This document shows positions 19,029 through 27,714 of a DNA stretch of 64,000 nucleotides, piece after piece. This DNA comes from an uncultured delta proteobacterium. Its GTDB lineage: Bacteria > Desulfobacterota > DSM-4660 > Desulfatiglandales > HGW-15. The position numbers and the translations under genes were made by a program. The stretch's first letter is position 1; the number at the start of each line of letters is the position of its first letter. The notes below the pieces were generated by a model, which made no database searches, was not told where the DNA came from, and worked only from the letters and a program-made list of their open reading frames with translations. The stretch lies in NCBI GenBank assembly GCA_963707125.1, contig CAVPOU010000004.1, positions 511,234-575,233 on the forward strand. The letters are read 5' to 3'.

Positions 19029-20462
19029 ATGAAAGCGATCTTGAAAAAGCTTTTTTCCCAAGGAGAGCAGAGAGACAGAGGTCAGGCGACGCTTGAGTTC
19101 ATTCTGCCTCTCCTCCTTCTGCTCTTCGTCCTCATCGCGTTCGCCATGGTGATTCCTGCTCTCACTCCGACCAAGACTCTCGCCGTTGCAGGGGCCGTGA
19201 TCATTTTTGTTCTGAGTTTTGTCAGTACCCAGATCGCCCTCTACATCCTGATCTTTTCCATGCTCTTGAGCCCTGAATTCATTGTGGGAGCAACGGAAGG
19301 CGGCACCCTGGGCCGCGGCATCACTCTCCGGGCGGACGATTTTCTTGTGGCGATTATAGGGTTCAGCTGGCTCGCCAGGATGGCGATCAACAAGGAACTG
19401 GGGTTTTTTCTAAAGACCTCTCTGAACCGGCCCATCGCTTATTACATGATGGTGTGTGTGGCTTCCACGCTTCTGGGCGCCCTGTTCGGAAGGCTGGATC
19501 TGAAGATGGGCTTTCTCTTTGTCCTGAAGTACTTTGAATATGTCGTCATCTATTTCATGGTGGCCAACTACCTCAAGGACAGAAAGCAACTAAAGACTTT
19601 TGTGTGGGCTATGCTGCTCACCTGCCTGATTGTCTCGGTCATCTCCATGGCCAAAATCCCGGAAGGCGGAAGAATCTCTGCTCCCTTTGAAGGAAAAGTC
19701 GGTGAGCCGAACACGTTTGGCGGTTATCTTGTCTTTATGATGAGCATCGCAACGGGCCTCGCTCTCATGGAAGAATCCTTTCGCAATCGCCTTATCGCTT
19801 TTTTCTTGGTGATCCTTTTCAGCATCCCTCTTCTTTACACGCAGTCCAGAAGCTCTTATCTGGCAGCGATTCCGGCTGTATTGAGTTTTCTATGGTTATC
19901 CAAAAGAAAACAGTGGATTCCTCCGGTCCTGTTACTCGTGGGATTGCTTCTCCCTTTCGTGGCACCCAAGGTCACCAAGGACCGGGTGTCCTACACCTTT
20001 ACCCAAGGCATTGGTCGTCCGGATGCCGTCACCGTTGCCGGCGTGCAGCTGGACACGTCGACTTCCGCAAGAATCAAGAGCTGGGAAGAAGCGGTTCGAG
20101 ACCTGGTCCAACACCCCGTGCTCGGATTCGGTGTCACGGGATACCGGTTTGTGGATGCCCAGTATGTAAGGGTCGCCGCGGAGACCGGATTCCTTGGTCT
20201 GCTCATTTTTCTCCTTTTGCTGGGTACAATACTCAAGGAGTCCTACCGGGTTTTCAAGGCGAGTGAGGATCCCTTTGATAAGGGGCTGGCCATCGGTTTT
20301 CTTGCGGGCTTCACCGGGCTTCTGTTTCATGCCATAGGAGCGAACACCTTCATCATTGTGAGGATCATGGAACCCTTCTGGTTCATCGCCGCCATGGTGA
20401 TGATGATTCCATCCCTTGAAAAGGACCGGAAGGGCAAGGCAGAAGAAGGCAAAAGAAGCTAA
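19029..20462 (+). CDS. O-antigen ligase/polymerase-like (Wzy_C) membrane protein
   Basis: 477 aa and polytopic. The loop YTQSRSSYLAAI is followed by further TM segments. Confidence 0.7.
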   Translation: MKAILKKLFSQGEQRDRGQATLEFILPLLLLLFVLIAFAMVIPALTPTKTLAVAGAVIIFVLSFVSTQIALYILIFSMLLSPEFIVGATEGGTLGRGITLRADDFLVAIIGFSWLARMAINKELGFFLKTSLNRPIAYYMMVCVASTLLGALFGRLDLKMGFLFVLKYFEYVVIYFMVANYLKDRKQLKTFVWAMLLTCLIVSVISMAKIPEGGRISAPFEGKVGEPNTFGGYLVFMMSIATGLALMEESFRNRLIAFFLVILFSIPLLYTQSRSSYLAAIPAVLSFLWLSKRKQWIPPVLLLVGLLLPFVAPKVTKDRVSYTFTQGIGRPDAVTVAGVQLDTSTSARIKSWEEAVRDLVQHPVLGFGVTGYRFVDAQYVRVAAETGFLGLLIFLLLLGTILKESYRVFKASEDPFDKGLAIGFLAGFTGLLFHAIGANTFIIVRIMEPFWFIAAMVMMIPSLEKDRKGKAEEGKRS

Positions 20463-20465
20463 TGT

Positions 20466-20580
20466 GGTGTCTCACCCCCACCTGGCCTCCCCCATCGAGG
20501 GGGAGGAAACTATTAGTGGTCGCACAGAATTCCCCTCCCCTTGCGGGAGGGGCTAGGGGAGGGGGAAGCAAAAGGGGTAT
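20466..20580 (+). repeat. G/C-rich double-hairpin intergenic element (copy 1 of 2)
   Basis: GTGTCTCACC...CCTCCCCCATCGAGGGGGAGGAAACTATTAGTGGTCG...GAATTCCCCTCCCC-TTGC-GGGAGGGGCTAGGGGAGGGGGAAGCAAA. Nearly identical to 37741-37880. Confidence 0.85.
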
Positions 20581-20606
20581 TAGCAAGAAAATCCGGAGGC
20601 ACTACC

Positions 20607-21296
20607 CTAGCCAGCCGGTTTGAGAACAATCAGGGCATCGACCGCCACAGGCTTGGCCCCGGAGAGAATGAGAGGGTTAATGTCAATCTCCTGGATGAAT
20701 TCGTTTTCCATGCCGATCTCCCCCACTTTCACAAGGATATCAGAGAGGAGATCCATGTCGGCGGCAGGCATCCCGCGCACTGCTCCGAGGATTTTGTGAG
20801 CCTTGATTTCTTGGGTCATGTCCAGGGCATCCCGTTTCTCCAGAGGAGCCACTCTAAAAGCAATGTCTTTAAGAATCTCTGTGAAAATCCCCCCTAAACC
20901 GAACATCACACACGGCCCGAACTGAGGATCCCGGGTCATCCCGACGACCAATTCGCGGGTTCCCTTGATCATTTCCTGAACCAGGAGGTCCTTTTCATTC
21001 CCTTCCATGCGAGACGTGAGATCATCAAAGGCCAGGATTGCTTCCTGATCACTGCGAATGTCTACCCTCACCAGGCCTTTTTCTGTCTTGTGGGCGAGAT
21101 GAGGCGAGCACCCTTTGAGGACAAGAGGATAGCCTATGGCATGGGCCGCCTTCATGGTTTCCTCTCGGCTGTGAACAAGAATTTCACGGGTTACGGGAAT
21201 GCCGTAGGACTTGAGGAAATCCTTGGATTCATATTCGGACAGGGTCTTGCGGCCCTCTCGTACAGCTTTTTCCAGGATCATCGATTTGATTTTCAT
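20607..21296 (-). CDS. Acetyl-CoA synthetase (ADP-forming) beta / ATP-grasp subunit
   Basis: ATP-grasp pattern LSEYESKDFLKSYGIPV...GYPLVLKG. Start set to ATG 21296 (MKIKSMILEKA), which has a G-rich RBS. Confidence 0.8.
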   Translation of the reverse strand: MKIKSMILEKAVREGRKTLSEYESKDFLKSYGIPVTREILVHSREETMKAAHAIGYPLVLKGCSPHLAHKTEKGLVRVDIRSDQEAILAFDDLTSRMEGNEKDLLVQEMIKGTRELVVGMTRDPQFGPCVMFGLGGIFTEILKDIAFRVAPLEKRDALDMTQEIKAHKILGAVRGMPAADMDLLSDILVKVGEIGMENEFIQEIDINPLILSGAKPVAVDALIVLKPAG

Positions 21297-21323
21297 GATT
21301 ACCCCCCAGCTCAAGAAAAAGGA

Positions 21324-21399
21324 TTGGAGTATAGGAGTACTGCAGTATTGGAGCGATGGGGTTTACCATTACTCCATTACTCCGATACTCCATTACTCC
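21324..21399. repeat. Inverted octamer arrays: GGAGTAnn x3 (21324-21353) facing nnTACTCC x4 (21366-21399)
   Basis: 'agta' recurs every 8 nt on the left and 'tactcc' every 8 nt on the right. The right array overlaps the last codons and stop of the upstream subunit gene. Confidence 0.85.
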
Positions 21400-22795
21400 G
21401 TTTCTTCATTTTCTCGTATTCCCACAAAGCCGCCATGGTTTTTGCTGCTCTCTCAGGGGTGGGGACATTGATCAGAGCGCCTCCTTCTTCGAGACGGCGC
21501 ACCTCCTCATCCCAAATTCCAGGAGGAGCGATCAGACAGGCGACAACAGGCTTCTGCTGTTTCCATTTCAGCAAGAGCTCGGAGAAGCCCGATATCGCGT
21601 CCCTGTTTGCCGATGCGAACATCATGAGGATCAGGATGGCATCCACATCGCTGTCCTCCATCACCGCCCTGATGATACCCTCGATCGCCGAAGCGTTATA
21701 CCATGCCGGCCCCATGTCCACGGGGTTGGTACGCAGGGCGAGAGGGGGAAGGAGTTCATTGATCACTCGCTGAGTTTCAGGATGGAACGTGGCGATCTCC
21801 ATCCCATCGGCCTCACAGACGTCCGAGGCCGCCATCCCAGGGCCTGCTTGTCCGGAAAGGATCGCAACTTTCCTGCCCTTAGGAAGCGGACAAAGGGCCA
21901 GAGCCCGGGCTGCATCCAAAAGCCTTTCTGCACTGTCCACGTAGAGGACCCCTGACTGTTTGAGAGCCCCTTCATAGATTTCATGCCTTCCGGCTAAGGA
22001 GCCCGTGTGAGAAAGAGAGGCTTGATCTCCAGCGCGAGAACTCCCGGTTTTGTATGCAACAACAGGTTTCGCGAAACGGGTTTGCTTCGCCGCCTCCATG
22101 AGCCTCCTCGGTTCATCGATGCCTTCAAGATAAAGAGCAAGAACCCGTGTGTCCGGATCGCCCATCAAATAGGTGACCATTTCGGGGAAGTCGACATTGA
22201 GACGGTTCCCCAGGCCAACGATCTTGCTGACGCCTGCGTTCTGTCGCATGGCCATGAAGCCCATGAGATGAGAGATGCCTCCACTCTGGCTCACCAGGGC
22301 GATACCCCCTTTGGGCAGCCATGAGAACTCAGGCGTAAAGGAAGCGTTCAGGTGGATGTGAAGATTGACCATCCCGAAAGTGTTCGGGCCAATGACCGGG
22401 ATGCAGGCCTTGTTTGCCAGATCGGCCAGGGTGTTCTGGAGAAGGGTTCCCTGGGAATCGTCGATTTCCCTGAAGCCCGCGGAGATCAGCACAATGCCTT
22501 TCACCCCTTTCCGAGAACACTCCTGAAATATTCCTGGAACCAGCTTTGCAGGCAAGACGACAATGGCAAGATCAATGGCACCCGAGAAATCCGCAATCGA
22601 TGAAACCGCGGGAAGACCCATGACCGACTTGGCACCCGGGTTAACAGGAACGATCGTCCCTTTGAAGCGACCGGAGGTCAGGCTTTTCATCACGTGGAAC
22701 CCGAGCTTGTCGGGATTTTCTGAAGCCCCGATCACTGCAACCGTATGAGGGTTGAATAGGGTTTTCAGATTTTGGAGCAAAACAGGATTGCTCAT
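21377..22795 (-). CDS. Acetyl-CoA synthetase (ADP-forming) alpha / CoA-binding + ligase-CoA subunit
   Basis: NPHTVAVIGASENPDKLG...IVPVNP...LISAGFRE. Start at ATG 22795 is preferred; the ORF is open to 22831. Confidence 0.8.
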   Translation of the reverse strand: MSNPVLLQNLKTLFNPHTVAVIGASENPDKLGFHVMKSLTSGRFKGTIVPVNPGAKSVMGLPAVSSIADFSGAIDLAIVVLPAKLVPGIFQECSRKGVKGIVLISAGFREIDDSQGTLLQNTLADLANKACIPVIGPNTFGMVNLHIHLNASFTPEFSWLPKGGIALVSQSGGISHLMGFMAMRQNAGVSKIVGLGNRLNVDFPEMVTYLMGDPDTRVLALYLEGIDEPRRLMEAAKQTRFAKPVVAYKTGSSRAGDQASLSHTGSLAGRHEIYEGALKQSGVLYVDSAERLLDAARALALCPLPKGRKVAILSGQAGPGMAASDVCEADGMEIATFHPETQRVINELLPPLALRTNPVDMGPAWYNASAIEGIIRAVMEDSDVDAILILMMFASANRDAISGFSELLLKWKQQKPVVACLIAPPGIWDEEVRRLEEGGALINVPTPERAAKTMAALWEYEKMKKRSNGVSE

Positions 22796-22878
22796 AGAAG
22801 ATGTCCTTGAGGAGATCGCTCGCCCACTCATAGCAGGCTTTCACATTGATATCAATACCCAATGCAGGCCTTCAGCTA

Positions 22879-23643
22879 TTACGTTATTCCGTGCCCTGAA
22901 AGGCACAAATCTCCCCATTCATACTGAATGATCGTGACCAGGCTGATGGCCGCGGTTTCGGCCCTCAGGATTCGACTCCCCAGCGAAACCGATACAAAGC
23001 CCGCTTCGAGTGCTTTCATCACCTCCAGTTCGGTAAAGCCTCCTTCCGGTCCTACCAAGGCGAGGACCCTGGGTTCCGCGGAGTTGGAACGGAGATGGTC
23101 TTTAAGACTTCTGATTCCTTCCTGCTCCCACAAAATGATTTTCAGGGCCGACTCTTTTCCCAGGACGGCGAGCAGTTCATCGTAAAGGTAAAGCGGACCG
23201 ATCCCGGCGGGCATGGCTCGATCGGACTGCTTGGCAGCGCTCTGAGCAATCTCTTGCCAATGCCTGAGCTTGGTGTGAACTTTGTTGCCATCCACCTTGA
23301 CCACTGTTCTCTCTGAAATGTAAGGCAGTACGCGGTCCACACCCAGCTCAGAGGTTTTCTCTACCAGAAGATCCATGTGCTGGGACTTGAGCAAGGCTTG
23401 GCACAGGGTAATGTGGACAGGAGAGGGAGCAGGGCTGGGGAGAGGTTTCTCAAGGTTAACGAGGACGTGGTGGTGGCTCACCTCTTTGATCACCGCCTGA
23501 AAGCGCGCTCCTTTCCTGTCCAGGAAGACGACACGCTCGCCAGGTCCCAGTCTCAGGACCCTGGCCATGTGTTTGGCCTCGGCACCGGTTATCGAAAAAG
23601 AGCCTTGGGTGCTGGGGATCTCGTCAACGAAAAAACGACGCAT
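22879..23643 (-). CDS. rsmE: 16S rRNA (uracil1498-N3)-methyltransferase
   Basis: MRRFFVDE N-terminus and the LVGPEGGFTELEV motif. Confidence 0.8.
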   Translation of the reverse strand: MRRFFVDEIPSTQGSFSITGAEAKHMARVLRLGPGERVVFLDRKGARFQAVIKEVSHHHVLVNLEKPLPSPAPSPVHITLCQALLKSQHMDLLVEKTSELGVDRVLPYISERTVVKVDGNKVHTKLRHWQEIAQSAAKQSDRAMPAGIGPLYLYDELLAVLGKESALKIILWEQEGIRSLKDHLRSNSAEPRVLALVGPEGGFTELEVMKALEAGFVSVSLGSRILRAETAAISLVTIIQYEWGDLCLSGHGIT

Positions 23644-23653
23644 GAACAACCCC

Positions 23654-23897
23654 ATGGAGTATTGGAGTACTGGAAAAAATCCTCACAGTCGTCACTCCCG
23701 CGAAGGCGGGAGTCCAGAACTTCTTGATTCTCCTGGATTCCCGTTTTCACGGGAATGACGGAAAAGGGCGTTTTCCGACTTTTTGCGAAGCGTCAAGGGT
23801 GACTATCGAAAAAAATGGAGTGCTGGAGCAATGGGAAAGGAATCGTGCACAACACGCCTCCATCACTCCAGTACTCCAATACTCCAGTACTCCGCAG
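23654..23897. repeat. Composite element: GGAGTAnn octamers (23654-23673), conserved core (23690-23800, reverse copy of 26775-26920), nnTACTCC octamers (23858-23897)
   Basis: Read directly. Core contains tcactcccgcgaaggcgggagt, ggattcccgttttcacgggaatgacgg and gactttttgcgaagc. Confidence 0.8.
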
Positions 23898-23900
23898 TCT

Positions 23901-24335
23901 TTATGCTTTCTCGAACACGTAGTTCACTTGTCCGTTGGGAAGCTTGTTGACGACGGTCTTGACCTCCATTCCCACCTTGATCTCGTTTTCAGGGATGTTC
24001 TTGGAAAGCCTCCCGAAGACCTTGTAGGTCCCGTAATCCGCAAGAGCGATCGCATAGGGAAGGTCGGCTTCAAAGCCTACCGGCCCGTATTCGAGCTTGC
24101 TGTAAGTCACGAGTTTTCCCTTCCCGGTCACTTCAAACCATTCCACGTCGCTGGTCAGGCACTTGTAGCAGTCCGCTCTTGGGGGAAAGAACGTCAGGCC
24201 GCAGCCTTTGCATTTCGTTCCCATGACCTTGCCCTGTTCCAGATAACCGACAAAGTCATTGGTCTTCGTGATGGCGGTGAAGCTCACCGTTCCGAATTTC
24301 TTGAACCGAAGATCCGCTTCTTTTTTCGTAGCCAT
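23901..24335 (-). CDS. DUF35 OB-fold/Zn-ribbon protein (thiolase partner)
   Basis: Zn ribbon CKGCG...CYKC. ATG 24335 follows GGGAGGTG, and the gene starts 4 nt after the thiolase stop. Confidence 0.8.
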   Translation of the reverse strand: MATKKEADLRFKKFGTVSFTAITKTNDFVGYLEQGKVMGTKCKGCGLTFFPPRADCYKCLTSDVEWFEVTGKGKLVTYSKLEYGPVGFEADLPYAIALADYGTYKVFGRLSKNIPENEIKVGMEVKTVVNKLPNGQVNYVFEKA

Positions 24336-24339
24336 AGTA

Positions 24340-25506
24340 TCACCTCCCGAAAATAAGGACGTTCCCGTAAAGGCCGACGCCGCCGATGTTGTGGACCAGG
24401 CCGATCTGCGGATCCTTGACCTGCATATTGCCTGCTTCTCCTCTGAGTTGGAGAACAATCGTTCTCACCTGCGATCCGCCGGTCGCACCGATCGGGTGGC
24501 CTTTGGAGAGCAACCCGCCGTCCACATTCACAGGGATGCTTCCTTCTTTATAGGTGGCCTTGCTCCGGATGAGCTCTCGCCCTTCACCGGGTTTCGCAAA
24601 GCCCAGGTTTTCATAAGCCATCATTTCTGCAATCGTGAAGCAGTCATGAACCTCGGCGACATTGATGTTCTTGGGGGTGACCCCTGCCATCTTGTATGCC
24701 TGCTTGCCTGCAAGCTCACCCGCGCTCAGACCCGAGAAGAGATCCCGGCCCGCCATGTTCACAGGAGCTGAAGCCGCACCGATTCCAAGGATCCACACCG
24801 GTTTTTTTGACAAGGCTTTTGCTTTTTCTTCACTGGCAACAATGATGCAGGAGCTTCCGTCTGCGTTGGCGCAGCAGTCCCCGACGCGAAGCGGGCTTGC
24901 CACCGGTCCGGACATCGGGTTTTGCGGATCCGTGAACATGTCGGCACTGACCGCTTTCCGGTAAACCGCCTTCTCATTGATTTGTCCGTACGTGGAAGCC
25001 TTCACCCGGATCAGGGCCAGGTCTTCAGGCGTTGTGCCGTAGGTTGCCATGTGAGCCCTTGCGTGCATCGCGTAGTAAGCGGGCATCATGGTCCCAAAGG
25101 GGCTTTCCCACTGAATGTCAGCCCCACGGCCCATCCTCTCCTGTGACTCTGCCGAGGAGATTTCCGACATCTTCTGGAATCCGATCACCATGACCACGTC
25201 GTGAAGCCCGGATTTGATCATCGAGTAAGCCAGCTTCAGGCCCGTGGTGCTCGATGAGCAAAGGGTTTCCACGTAGAAGGTCGGTTGAGGAGTGAGCCCC
25301 AGGTATTCCGCAAAGACGCCTGCAGGCGACCTCTGCTTGTCATATTCAGGAGCGGAGCAAACAACCGTTGCATCAATGTCCTTGACGGATACCTGCGCAT
25401 CCTTCATACACTCCTTAAATCCTTCAAAGGCGAGTTCCCTGATGGAACCTGGAAACCCTCGCACAAAGGCACTCTGGCCTACGCCGATAATTCCTACTTT
25501 TCCCAT
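24340..25506 (-). CDS. SCP-x-type thiolase (acetyl-CoA C-acyltransferase family)
   Basis: Motifs VGIIGVGQS, ETLCSSSTTGL and HNIGGVG. Start at ATG 25506 follows GGGAGG. Confidence 0.85.
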   Translation of the reverse strand: MGKVGIIGVGQSAFVRGFPGSIRELAFEGFKECMKDAQVSVKDIDATVVCSAPEYDKQRSPAGVFAEYLGLTPQPTFYVETLCSSSTTGLKLAYSMIKSGLHDVVMVIGFQKMSEISSAESQERMGRGADIQWESPFGTMMPAYYAMHARAHMATYGTTPEDLALIRVKASTYGQINEKAVYRKAVSADMFTDPQNPMSGPVASPLRVGDCCANADGSSCIIVASEEKAKALSKKPVWILGIGAASAPVNMAGRDLFSGLSAGELAGKQAYKMAGVTPKNINVAEVHDCFTIAEMMAYENLGFAKPGEGRELIRSKATYKEGSIPVNVDGGLLSKGHPIGATGGSQVRTIVLQLRGEAGNMQVKDPQIGLVHNIGGVGLYGNVLIFGR

Positions 25507-25720
25507 AAGCAACCTCCCAATAATGATTTGCACCTTTCAAGATAAATCAGCGCTTAGATGAAAGGCGATCTCCTGTGAGACACTTTCAGTGACGAGTAAC
25601 GGATAAAGTAACAGATAACGATTAACACAAGCGTCGCCGCTTCAACCAGAGCCAACCCCGGAGAAAGCCCTCCTCGAAACATAAAATATCAATATAAGAG
25701 AAGAAGGAATGCCGGTCAAG

Positions 25721-25888
25721 TCAAAAGAAGGAAAATTCCTCGGACTCTTCGACAGGATAAAAAAGATTCAGGTCGCTCGCTTGAATGGTTTGAATGTTCT
25801 CCTGGAGGAGGTATTCCTCCGCTTTCTTTCTGAAGAGGTAGGATGCCTCTTCCATGGCCTGAAGAACTTGCTTTTCAAGAGGGCTCAT
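25721..25888 (-). CDS. 55-aa acidic small ORF, translationally coupled (ATGA) to the upstream Cys-rich gene
   Basis: Hand translation: MSPLEKQVLQAMEEASYLFRKKAEEYLLQENIQTIQASDLNLFYPVEESEEFSFF. ATG 25888-25886 overlaps TGA 25887-25885. Confidence 0.45.
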   Translation of the reverse strand: MSPLEKQVLQAMEEASYLFRKKAEEYLLQENIQTIQASDLNLFYPVEESEEFSFF

Positions 25889-26757
25889 AGAAATCCGTTC
25901 AGAAACTCAGCCAGTTCATGATCCACGAGCTCTTTCAGCGATGTCGCCTCTTCCTCGCCGGCTTTTAAGATGTGTCCGGACAGCCTCAAGAAATCCAGAA
26001 AATCAGCATCCATTGGGAGCAAATGCACGTGCGGAGCGGTTGAACTGCTAAGGACTTTCAGGGACAGTTGCTCTGAAAGGCGATGGGACAATTCTTCAAA
26101 TCTGCCCCTGAACTGTGGGTTTCTCAAGAGGTCAAGATTCCCGGAGTCCATGAGGGCTCTCAGGAGATACGCATTTGCCCGGGGCGAGAGGGAGGTTTCG
26201 AAAAAAGAGTAGGTTTTCAGAATCGAGTCTCCGTCGGGATCTTGCCCCTTTTCCGCCATGGCCACCAGGTTTAGAAGAGTGCCGCCCCAGCCCAGGATGC
26301 GGAAGAGAGGGTTCAGGGTGCTGCTGGAATAGGAGAAGGAGTCAAGCCCTTGAGAGAGGCGGAGCCAAAAACTCTTGGCCTCTGGAGATAGGTGCGTGAA
26401 AATTCCGGCTTCCACGCAGGATTCCCGAGCGCATTTGTCGCCGAAATTCACTCTGTAGCGCAGGTCTTCCCCGTCGTTTTGAGAGGGGTGGAGGAGACAC
26501 CCGATGCGCTTAAAGCCGCCATCCAGATACCCGAGCGCCCAGCAGCTGAAACCCGTGATCGGTGAAAGGGACTTCTCTTCTCTTCTTAAAGAGGCCGTGT
26601 TTTCTCTGAGGACCCGCTTGATCTCGTTTGTATATTGGAGGTGCTCGTAGCCCGGTGGCCGTATGGGGGGACAGCAGGCGAAACAGGATTTCTCTTCGTC
26701 CGGGGCACAGAGGGTAGAAGGCATTTCGGTCATTTGCTCAACCTTCTGCCTGGGCAT
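25885..26757 (-). CDS. Cys-rich hypothetical protein (CFACC...GCLLHP...CARESC; possibly distant CxxCxxCC/YkgJ-like)
   Basis: Clean 290-aa ORF. The cysteine motif spacing resembles PF03692-type proteins, but the assignment is tentative. Confidence 0.6.
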   Translation of the reverse strand: MPRQKVEQMTEMPSTLCAPDEEKSCFACCPPIRPPGYEHLQYTNEIKRVLRENTASLRREEKSLSPITGFSCWALGYLDGGFKRIGCLLHPSQNDGEDLRYRVNFGDKCARESCVEAGIFTHLSPEAKSFWLRLSQGLDSFSYSSSTLNPLFRILGWGGTLLNLVAMAEKGQDPDGDSILKTYSFFETSLSPRANAYLLRALMDSGNLDLLRNPQFRGRFEELSHRLSEQLSLKVLSSSTAPHVHLLPMDADFLDFLRLSGHILKAGEEEATSLKELVDHELAEFLNGFL

Positions 26758-26774
26758 TAAGCTTTAGTATGCTG

Positions 26775-26920
26775 ATGCTCTCGCAAAAAGCCGTAAAATG
26801 ACCTCTCCTGTCATTCCGGCGAATCCCGGATCGGGGTCCGGGACAGGCGCCGGAATCCAGGAATAACAAGCCCTCCTGGACCCCGGCTTACGCCGGGGTG
26901 ACGGCTTTGATGACTTTTTA
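26775..26920 (+). repeat. Conserved intergenic element (forward copy of the 23690-23800 core)
   Basis: cgcaaaaagccgtaaaatgacc...gtcattccggcgaatccc...ccggaatccaggaataacaag...ctggaccccggcttacgccggggtgacgg. Aligns to the reverse complement of 23690-23800. Confidence 0.8.
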
Positions 26921-26928
26921 CGAGGCTG

Positions 26929-27540
26929 TCAATCTTGCCGAGGCAAATCCTGGGGTTTGTTGATATTAAAAAGAGATCTCAAATCCTGATCCCATAACCG
27001 GATCTCTTCTTCGTCCATGTAACGAACACGCATCCTGGCAAAGCACTTCGCAATCTGATACTGGCGTTCTTCAATCGCTTCCCGAATGACCGGGATGCAT
27101 TTCTTTGAGTATAGCGCGTGGAGCGGCTCGAGCATCCAGTCCATGCGCGGCACGACCGTATCGAAATCGTCCCTCACCTCCACCATGTGGCGGATGAGCT
27201 TTCCGCTGAGAAAAGGCATATCGCAAGCGACCAAGAAACCGGTTTCATCCGACATGGTCATCAGGCCTGTGTAGATCCCTCCCATCGGCCCAAGGCCCTT
27301 GATAAGATCTTCGACCATAGGGAGCCGCAGATAAGCGTACTCCTCAGGGGTATTGGTCAGCAGGATGACCCGGTGAAAGATGGATTTCATGACCCCGACA
27401 ACTCGTTCGATGAGGCGCACGCCTTCGATTTCAACGAGGGCTTTGTTGCTCCCATAGCGGGAGCTTTTGCCGCCGAGAAGAATAAGGCCGGTCACATTCT
27501 TGAAATGGACGAGGCTGTCTTTGGTTAAATCAACTGCCAT
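26929..27540 (-). CDS. mobA: Molybdenum cofactor guanylyltransferase
   Basis: GLILLGGKSSRYGSNKAL and ACDMPF motifs. Start uncertain: ATG 27540 is preferred, and the ORF is open to 27660. Confidence 0.7.
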   Translation of the reverse strand: MAVDLTKDSLVHFKNVTGLILLGGKSSRYGSNKALVEIEGVRLIERVVGVMKSIFHRVILLTNTPEEYAYLRLPMVEDLIKGLGPMGGIYTGLMTMSDETGFLVACDMPFLSGKLIRHMVEVRDDFDTVVPRMDWMLEPLHALYSKKCIPVIREAIEERQYQIAKCFARMRVRYMDEEEIRLWDQDLRSLFNINKPQDLPRQD

Positions 27541-27714
27541 GAGGAGCTTGGTCTTTTTTCCAGAAGTACCTCTCTTATACAAAATGGTGGCGCGCCCGTC
27601 AGCAAAAAAGGGTTCAGGGAAGGGACACGCCGGAGGGTGCACCGATAAGTGCGATTGCATTGACAGAGGTTGGCATAAATGAAAGGATGGCTCATCGATT
27701 CATGAAAGGTCTAA

